DNA of 22,505 nt from Candidatus Thermofontivivens primus (GTDB lineage: Bacteria > Sysuimicrobiota > Sysuimicrobiia > Sysuimicrobiales > Thermofontiviventaceae), in NCBI GenBank assembly GCA_031458695.1, contig JAVKJW010000031.1, positions 1 through 22,505 on the forward strand, written 5' to 3'. Below are positions 16,035 through 22,505 of the stretch, in pieces. The notes under the pieces are model-generated. The model searched no databases, was not told the DNA's origin, and was given only the letters and a program-made list of their open reading frames with translations. Positions within the stretch are counted from its first letter, which is position 1; every line of letters starts with the position of its first letter. Position numbers and translations under genes: made by a program.

Positions 16035-16781
16035 TTAGCTTACCTTCTGGAGGATCTCCTCCGGGATGTCGAAGTTGGAGTAGACCCGCTGGATGTCGTC
16101 GTGGTCCTCCAGAGCCTCCAGGAGCTTGAGGACCCGGACGGCTTCTGGTCCTTCCACATGGGTTGTCGATTTGGGGATCATGGTTAGCTCGGCGGAGGTC
16201 ATGGGCACCCCCTTGGCCTGCAACACACCCTTCACTGTCTCAAATGCCTCCGGGGGTGTGACGATCTCGTAAGAATCATCGGCAACCCGCATATCCTCCG
16301 CTCCAGCCTCCAGGATCAACAAGAGCAACTCATCCTCTGGAATCGCCTCACGCTCCACAGTGATGAGCCCCTTCTTGTCAAAGAGCCAAGCAACTGCTCC
16401 CGCTTCTGCGAGACTCCCTCCGTTCTTTGTGAAGAGGCTTCGAACCTCCGCTGCGGTCCTGTTGCGGTTGTCGGTGAGGGCCTCGATGAGCACTGCAACG
16501 CCGCCAGGGGCATAGCCTTCATAGATCACCTGCTCGTACATCTCTGCTCCCCCACCGCCAACACCCCTTTGAATCGCCCGCTGGATGTTTTCGTTAGGCA
16601 TCCCAGCCTCCCTGGCCCGCTCGATTGCAGTGCGGAGCCGGGGGTTCATCTCGGGATCTCCGCCACCCTCGCGGGCAGCTACACTGATCTCCCGGGAAAG
16701 CTTGCTGAAGAGCTTCCCCCTGATCTGGTCCATCTTCTGCTTCTTGATCCGGATATTGTGCCACTTGGAGTGTCCAGACAT
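16035..16781 (-). CDS. yebC: YebC/PmpR family protein
   Basis: MSGHSKW, NPRLR, YEGYAPGGVA, TDNRNRT, DHDDIQRVYSN. Confidence 0.97.
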   Translation of the reverse strand: MSGHSKWHNIRIKKQKMDQIRGKLFSKLSREISVAAREGGGDPEMNPRLRTAIERAREAGMPNENIQRAIQRGVGGGGAEMYEQVIYEGYAPGGVAVLIEALTDNRNRTAAEVRSLFTKNGGSLAEAGAVAWLFDKKGLITVEREAIPEDELLLLILEAGAEDMRVADDSYEIVTPPEAFETVKGVLQAKGVPMTSAELTMIPKSTTHVEGPEAVRVLKLLEALEDHDDIQRVYSNFDIPEEILQKVS

Positions 16782-16817
16782 GGAGAAACCTCCTCAGATC
16801 GCTTCAGTCCCACCAAG

Positions 16818-16846
16818 ATTGTACACGACCTCCTCTCACCCTTCAA
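16818..16846 (-). promoter_or_regulatory. Sigma70 promoter candidate for yebC
   Basis: TTGAAG (16846-16841), 17-bp spacer, TACAAT (16823-16818). Confidence 0.7.
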
Positions 16847-19301
16847 CCACGGAGACCGTCTGGGAGAGGACCTTCCCGTCCGCTCTGGTCAAGCTGACGG
16901 TGATCACGTACCGGATTCCGGGGATCCGCACCATGGGCCTGTACTCGTATTGGAACTTCCCGTCGGATCCCACGCGCAGCAGGCGTTCCACGCTCCTCAC
17001 GCTCACCACCCCGCCCTCTGCGTAGATCACCAGGGAGACTGTGCTCCCGGGGGTGGCTCTCCCCTGGATGAGGAAGGGGCTCCTCACTCGCTCCCCGTCT
17101 GTGGGCATGTCGATGGACAGACTTACAGCCGATGTACCCTGGGAGGATGGACGGTTCCCTGAGGGAGAGACCTGGGGAGGATTCGATTCCTCTCGTGGTG
17201 GAGTAGGGGAGGTGGTCTCCCCTGGAGGAGCCGTCCTCACAGGCGGGCTCGCCAGCAGTGTTCCAGGAAAGCGGGTGTCATACTCTGTTGGCTCCGTGCC
17301 CTTGATGAAAAGCTCCTTCTTCGGGTTTGGGCAAGCCCCCGTGGCCAGGAGGCCAGAGGATCCGCACACCGTGGCCTCCACGATGCCCTCGGGAACAGGC
17401 CAGTCCTCTGGCGAAGTACCCGCGAGCGCCTCCTTCATGAACATGGCCCAGATCCTGGCAGGAACCGTCCCCCCTACCACCCGGCGCATCGGGGTGTTGT
17501 CATCGTTTCCTACCCATACGCTTGCCACGAGCTGCGGCGTGTACCCCACAAACCAGGCGTTCCGGTAGTCATCGGTGGTTCCAGTCTTCCCAGCGGCCGG
17601 TCTCCCGATCTCCGCAGCCCTCCCCGTTCCCCGCTGGATGACCCCCTTGAGGATGTCCGTCATCAGGTAGGCGACTTCTCTCTTCAGGGCCACCTCCCTC
17701 CGTGGGATGGACTCTTCCAGCACCCTTCCCTGGCGATCTTCCACACGAATGATGGCGAAGGGTTCTGCCCTGATCCCATTCGCTGCAAGCACGCCGAAGG
17801 CCGAAGCCATCTCCAGAGGGGTGACTTCTGCTGTCCCCAGGGCCAGGGAGAGCACAGGAGGAAGAGGGCTCTTGATCCCCATGCGGTGGGCATAGGCGAT
17901 CACCTGCTGGGGCCCAAGCTCGCTGAGGATCTTGATGGCAGGGATGTTGATGGATTGCTCCACAGCCTGTCGCAATGTCACAGGGCCACGGAATTTCAGG
18001 TCGTAGTTCTGGGGCTCCCACTTCTCGCGCACGCCGGGGATCTCCAGGGAGAGGGGCTCGTCCACGATGATGCGTGTGGGAGGGATCCCGTTGGCCAGAG
18101 CCGTTACATAGATGAACGGCTTGAACGCCGACCCAGGTTGCCTCCTGGCCTGCCAGGCCCGGTTAAACTGACTCTTCCGGAAGTCGTAGCCGCCGATCAT
18201 GGCGCGGATGGCGCCCGTCCGAGGATCGATGGCCACAAGTGCTCCCTGCGTGATGCGCAGGTTCGCCCGCTTCGCTTCATCGATCCCTAGGCGCACCGCT
18301 TTCTCCGCCACGGCTTGCATCCGCACATCCAGGGTTGTATAGACCTGCAACCCGCCGCAGTACACCCCGTCCTCGCCGTAGCGCTCCAAGAGCTGGGGAA
18401 GGATGTAGGAAACAAAGTAGGGTGCCCGGATCCCGATCAAGCCAGCGTTCGCCCGCTCCACCAGTCTCACCGGTTCCTGCTTGGCCTTCTCCGCCTCCTC
18501 AGGCGTGATGTACCCCGATTCGACCATCCGGTCCAGGACAATGATCTGCCTCCGTTTGGCCAGCTGGAAATTCTCGTAAGGGGAGTACAGGGAAGGAGCA
18601 CGGATGAGGCCCGCGAGCATGGCGCTCTCCGCCAGGGTCAGCTGGCCCACGCTCTTCCCAAAGTAGATCCGCGCAGCCATCTCCACCCCGTAGGCCCCCT
18701 GGCCGAAGTACACCTGGTTGAGGTAGCGCTCCAAGATCTCCTCCTTGGTCAACCTGCGCTCGATCTCAAGGGCGAGGAGGATCTCGGCGATCTTGCGGCT
18801 GAGGGCTCGTTCCTGCGAGAGGAAAAGCGTCCTGGCGAGCTGCTGGGTGATTGTGCTCCCCCCTTCGATGAGCTCCCCCGCCAAGAGGTTGCGCCACATC
18901 GCCCTGGCGATCCCCCGGAGGGATATCCCGCGGTGTTGGTAGAAGCCCGCATCTTCGACGGCGATCACGGCCTGCTGGAGGTGGAGGGGGATCTGGGAGA
19001 GAGGGACGAAGATCCGGTTTTCGCGATAGAGGCTGGCGATCAACTCCCCGTTGGAGGCGTAGATCCTCGTGGCCTCGCACGGTGGCGCGTATACCTGAGA
19101 GACATCTGGAAGCTGCTTGGTGATGGCCATCGCCATCCCTACCACAACTCCCAGGCCCACCACGAGGAGGGCTCCTCCAAGAAGTGCGGTCAGGCCCACA
19201 ATCCGAAGGATAGGCTTTGGTTTAGGTTTCCTCCTGCGCGGTGGCACAGGCCTCCGCGGCAAGTTCCCTCTGCTTTTCCCTTCCTCGCGTCGTCGCGTCA
19301 T
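16836..19301 (-). CDS. Class A penicillin-binding protein (PBP1A family)
   Basis: Basic N-terminal tail and TM helix; glycosyltransferase motifs EDAGF, GGSTITQQL, RKIAE, YLNQVYFG; transpeptidase motifs SAFK, SIN, KTG; Pro-rich linker and beta-rich C-terminal domain. Confidence 0.96.
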   Translation of the reverse strand: MTRRREEGKSRGNLPRRPVPPRRRKPKPKPILRIVGLTALLGGALLVVGLGVVVGMAMAITKQLPDVSQVYAPPCEATRIYASNGELIASLYRENRIFVPLSQIPLHLQQAVIAVEDAGFYQHRGISLRGIARAMWRNLLAGELIEGGSTITQQLARTLFLSQERALSRKIAEILLALEIERRLTKEEILERYLNQVYFGQGAYGVEMAARIYFGKSVGQLTLAESAMLAGLIRAPSLYSPYENFQLAKRRQIIVLDRMVESGYITPEEAEKAKQEPVRLVERANAGLIGIRAPYFVSYILPQLLERYGEDGVYCGGLQVYTTLDVRMQAVAEKAVRLGIDEAKRANLRITQGALVAIDPRTGAIRAMIGGYDFRKSQFNRAWQARRQPGSAFKPFIYVTALANGIPPTRIIVDEPLSLEIPGVREKWEPQNYDLKFRGPVTLRQAVEQSINIPAIKILSELGPQQVIAYAHRMGIKSPLPPVLSLALGTAEVTPLEMASAFGVLAANGIRAEPFAIIRVEDRQGRVLEESIPRREVALKREVAYLMTDILKGVIQRGTGRAAEIGRPAAGKTGTTDDYRNAWFVGYTPQLVASVWVGNDDNTPMRRVVGGTVPARIWAMFMKEALAGTSPEDWPVPEGIVEATVCGSSGLLATGACPNPKKELFIKGTEPTEYDTRFPGTLLASPPVRTAPPGETTSPTPPREESNPPQVSPSGNRPSSQGTSAVSLSIDMPTDGERVRSPFLIQGRATPGSTVSLVIYAEGGVVSVRSVERLLRVGSDGKFQYEYRPMVRIPGIRYVITVSLTRADGKVLSQTVSVVEG

Positions 19302-19325
19302 TGTCCCCTAGGCCGGACAAGCTCA

Positions 19326-19334
19326 ATTGTAGCA
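19326..19334 (-). promoter_or_regulatory. Extended -10 element upstream of the PBP gene
   Basis: TGcTACAAT about 25 bp before ATG 19301; no good -35. Confidence 0.45.
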
Positions 19335-19372
19335 CGGTCGACGTGGAAGAGGTAGGAGGATGCAGTGGCGAG

Positions 19373-19783
19373 TCAAGGAGAGAGAGAACGGAGGTACTTC
19401 TGGTGCTCCACCTTGATGCACCGGTCCATGACCACGAGAATTCCTGCTTCGCGCGCCCTGGCCGCGGCTTCCTCGTGAACGATCCCCAGCTGCATCCATA
19501 TCGCTTTCGCGCCGATGGCAATGGCGCTCTCCACAATGCTTGGCACAAATTCTGGGCGCCGGAAGATGTTCACAATATCCACCGGCTCCGGAACCTCCCG
19601 CAGGTCCGGGTAGCTGCGTTCGCCAAGGATCTCTGCGGCGTGAGGGTTCACGGGGATGATCCGGTACCCATGTTTCTTGAGGTAGGAGGCCACATCATGG
19701 CTGGGCCGGGAGGGATTGGGGGAGAGCCCTACCACGGCAATGACCTTGGCCATCTCCAGCACTCTACGAATCTCCTCGTCCAT
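19373..19783 (-). CDS. CoA-binding protein (YccU-like)
   Basis: IAVVGLSPNPSRPS, IIPVNP, DIVNIFR, WMQLGI, VVMDRCIKVEH. Start could be up to 19798. Confidence 0.92.
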   Translation of the reverse strand: MDEEIRRVLEMAKVIAVVGLSPNPSRPSHDVASYLKKHGYRIIPVNPHAAEILGERSYPDLREVPEPVDIVNIFRRPEFVPSIVESAIAIGAKAIWMQLGIVHEEAAARAREAGILVVMDRCIKVEHQKYLRSLSP

Positions 19784-19866
19784 TGAACGCATCCCCACGC
19801 TCCCATGGATGGCTCTATTGGTACCTGAAACCAGATAGCCTTCAAGCCAGAGTGCGCATTGGACGC

Positions 19867-20970
19867 TCAGGGGAAGATCCTCCGATGTGTGCCCGTGCGC
19901 GCACGGTACTCGTGGTAGACGCGGGGGAAATACCGCTTGTACAGCTCCAGGTTGAACCCCGCCTCCACAGGGAATGCCCTGCGGACCTCCTCCAGCAACG
20001 CGTAATCGATCTCCCCCACAACAACCTCCTCTTGGTCAAACGTCCTCGCCTTGGAAAGTACCCCTGTGCCGTCCGATGTGAGCTCGATGGGAGCGTACAC
20101 GGCGCTCCTTCCAGTAATCGTCAGCCCCATGAAGCGGCCCACCATGAAAGCGTCCACCCCATAGACCTGGGTCTCCTGGACCCTGGGCCAGGTCCCCCTC
20201 CACTTCTTCCAGAAATTGAACGGGTCAGGATCAGCGCTCGGGACGAGGATGAGGTCAGCCCCGAGGAGGCGCAGGATGCGCGTCGTCTCAAAGTAGGTCC
20301 GGTCCATGCAGATGGGGAAGGCAAGGTTCCCCACCGGCGTCCGGTATACCCGGAGGTCGTCGCCTGGGACGAGTCCCCATCGCGCCTCAAGCTGGATGAG
20401 ATGGCACTTGGCGTGCGTCCCGATGATCCTACCGTCGGGGCCGTAGAAGTAGGCGATGTTCCTGACGTTGCCCTGCTCGTCGGGAAGAAGGGCACTCCCA
20501 GTGACTACATAAACCCCAAATGCGCGGGCGAGGAAGGAAAAGGTGGTTTCATAGATCCTCCTCACCGCAGGGCCGATGGTCCGGAAGATCTCCGCCACCC
20601 GAATCTCCGGTCCACCCACCTGTGCCAGGGCATCCTCCACGGGGAGGTCGGGAGGAAGATCGGCGATGCCTGGGAGGAGCCCCACGAGATGGGTCCCGCT
20701 ATCCTCGGGGAAGACCACGAGATGCGCACCTTGCTGGACAGCCTGGACCATGAGCCCGTACACCTTTTCGGCGTATTCCTCCGCAGATCGCAACGCCTTC
20801 AACTCCATCTGGACCGCCGCAACGCGCACCCTGGGAGAAGGAAGATCGTCGCAAGCACGGCTGCGGGTGATTCGCTTCCTCCGCAACACCCTGTGGATGC
20901 GCCACCCCGCCGACCTCCACCACAGCAGGGATCTCAGCGCACGTGCCAGCAGTACCCCCTTCACCTCCAC
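19867..20970 (-). CDS. Carbon-nitrogen hydrolase (nitrilase superfamily), intact E-K-C triad
   Basis: VAAVQM, VVFPED (Glu), HAKCHL (Lys), PICMD (Cys), GRSAVYAP. Start set at GTG 20970, just after the upstream paralog stop. Confidence 0.9.
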   Translation of the reverse strand: MEVKGVLLARALRSLLWWRSAGWRIHRVLRRKRITRSRACDDLPSPRVRVAAVQMELKALRSAEEYAEKVYGLMVQAVQQGAHLVVFPEDSGTHLVGLLPGIADLPPDLPVEDALAQVGGPEIRVAEIFRTIGPAVRRIYETTFSFLARAFGVYVVTGSALLPDEQGNVRNIAYFYGPDGRIIGTHAKCHLIQLEARWGLVPGDDLRVYRTPVGNLAFPICMDRTYFETTRILRLLGADLILVPSADPDPFNFWKKWRGTWPRVQETQVYGVDAFMVGRFMGLTITGRSAVYAPIELTSDGTGVLSKARTFDQEEVVVGEIDYALLEEVRRAFPVEAGFNLELYKRYFPRVYHEYRARTGTHRRIFP

Positions 20971-20974
20971 ATGA

Positions 20975-21877
20975 TCACCCCGCCTCCGGCGGTGCCCCCA
21001 GGAAGTAGATGCTCGGCAGGAACCGGTCGTACAGACCATAGTGGAACTGCGCGAAGACAGAATACTGATCGATAACCTCCTGCAGGCGGGCGTAGGAGAG
21101 TTCCACGGTAAGTACCCCTGGATGTGTGGGGTCTTCCAGGGTTCCCATCCAGCCTGTCTCCCCTGGGGTCGCCTCGCAAGGGCCAAAAGCTGCCGTCCTC
21201 CCCTCAAACTCCCTCCCAAAGGCGCTTCCCACCAGCCCGCTCTCCACCCCGAACACCTGGTTCTGCTGGACCTCCTGCCAGAGGCCACGAACCTGGTGCC
21301 AGTAGGCATATGGCTTTGGAACAGCATTCACGGCGAGCAAGAGCGCTGCCCCCTGGAGGGAAAGGATCCGACTCACCTCTGGATACCAGGTATCGGTGTT
21401 GACCAGGATCCCCAGAGGGCCGACTTCGGTGGGGAAGGTATGGAGTTCTGTCCCCGCGCTCCACCCGATCTCCCGTTCCCAAGGGAGGAGGTGGGTCTGG
21501 GGCTGGGTTCCTACAACGCCCCCATCGGGGGCCAACAAGACCGCGGCGTGGAAGTACCTCCCCTCCTTAAGGATGGGAACGGTCCCCGCAACAAGGAAGA
21601 GCCCCCTGGCCTTAGCCAAGGAGCCCCAACCCTCCCGGAAGAGCTGGAGTAACTCCTGCCCCCAGGCTTCTACGTGCCCCACCAGCGATCTGTCCAGGGT
21701 GAGAGGCTCTCGTACAACAGCTTCCAGCAACATCAGCCCGGTGTACGCGGGGAAGACGACGAGGTCCACTTCCCCCGCCTGATCCAGAACAGCCGACATC
21801 CCTCGGAAGTACTCCTCAGGATCCCGGTAACGCCTGGCTTCCAGCTGCACCGCCGCGACCCGGATCCTCCCGCGCAT
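20975..21877 (-). CDS. Nitrilase-fold protein with all three catalytic residues substituted
   Basis: VAAVQL, VVFPAY, QPQTHLL, GILVNTD, PEVSRILSLQGA, QQNQVFGV; visibly paralogous to the downstream gene. Confidence 0.88.
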   Translation of the reverse strand: MRGRIRVAAVQLEARRYRDPEEYFRGMSAVLDQAGEVDLVVFPAYTGLMLLEAVVREPLTLDRSLVGHVEAWGQELLQLFREGWGSLAKARGLFLVAGTVPILKEGRYFHAAVLLAPDGGVVGTQPQTHLLPWEREIGWSAGTELHTFPTEVGPLGILVNTDTWYPEVSRILSLQGAALLLAVNAVPKPYAYWHQVRGLWQEVQQNQVFGVESGLVGSAFGREFEGRTAAFGPCEATPGETGWMGTLEDPTHPGVLTVELSYARLQEVIDQYSVFAQFHYGLYDRFLPSIYFLGAPPEAG

Positions 21878-21880
21878 AGA

Positions 21881-22505
21881 TCACCTCGCCCCTCGGATCC
21901 TCCAAACCGTCACTGCCCCTCCTGCAAAGTAGACCGTGGTGATGGTAAAGAGCACGATGTAACCAAGCGCGGGGGCGATCAGGTTGAACCGGTCCACTAT
22001 GGGACCTCCGATGACGGGGGCAATGACTTGGGGAAGGGTAACAGCGATCCCCCAGATCCCCAGATCCTTGGCCGCCGCGGCAGCAGAGGGGAGCACATCC
22101 GTAGCAAGAGCCCAATCCACGCTAATGAAGGCGCCATACCCGATCCCGAAGACCACTGCGAACAGGAGGATCACCTGGAAGGAGGGCCGTGCCAGGAAGA
22201 CGAGAGGGGTGAGCCCCATCACAAGGCTAGAGAGGGAGACGATCCCCCTCCTGCCCACGCGGTCCGAGATCCAGCCTGCCCACAAGGAACTGATCATGGC
22301 ACCCACGATCACCGCCGCGCTCACGATTCCTGTGGCCTCCTGGAAATTCGGGAGCCGGACCGCATCTTTCAGGAAGAACTGGAGGAAGTTCAGAAGGGTG
22401 TAAAATCCCATCATCACGAGTGCCCTGGAGAGAAACAACCATGCGAAGTCGGGATACTGGCGTGGGCTGACGTAGAAACTCCGGAGGAATGTGGCCAGAT
22501 GAAAG
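21881..22505 (-). CDS. MFS transporter, C-terminal part (start lies beyond the window)
   Basis: Frame is open to the window edge (...YPDFAWLFLSRAL...); MFS motif GWISDRVGRR; SVDWALATDVLP and KDLGIW; multiple TM helices. Confidence 0.92.
   Translation of the reverse strand, partial: FHLATFLRSFYVSPRQYPDFAWLFLSRALVMMGFYTLLNFLQFFLKDAVRLPNFQEATGIVSAAVIVGAMISSLWAGWISDRVGRRGIVSLSSLVMGLTPLVFLARPSFQVILLFAVVFGIGYGAFISVDWALATDVLPSAAAAAKDLGIWGIAVTLPQVIAPVIGGPIVDRFNLIAPALGYIVLFTITTVYFAGGAVTVWRIRGAR

Noticed and set aside
1..22505. tRNA, rRNA, transposase, integrase or phage genes
   Set aside because: None recognised; the intergenic gaps are short and show no cloverleaf or terminal inverted repeat with target duplication.

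Overview
GC-rich bacterial chromosomal window; all but one supported gene is on the minus strand. Reading the minus strand (high to low coordinates): partial MFS transporter, two nitrilase-fold genes, CoA-binding protein, class A PBP, yebC/pmpR, ruvCAB, DUF2905, spoIID/lytB-like, DPS-like ferritin, queA, [plus-strand orphan], tgt, yajC, HD hydrolase, GT2 glycosyltransferase, bshB1-like deacetylase, distant BshC-like protein, ccmABCDE, diheme cytochrome c, and a partial Tat-exported, probably Rieske, protein. The best candidates for new biology are: (1) a GT2 + BshB1 + BshC-like cassette with no GT4 BshA in the window, possibly a variant thiol/aminoacyl-glycoside pathway, directly upstream of a variant ccm cluster (CxxxY CcmE, CcmC missing its second His); (2) a nitrilase pair in which one copy has all three catalytic residues replaced; (3) a 9-bp GTCTWCACG repeat family at two intergenic loci; (4) a cysteine-free DPS-like ferritin with an unusual promoter region; (5) a RuvA with no acidic pin. 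All calls come from manual motif recognition; no database searches were run.
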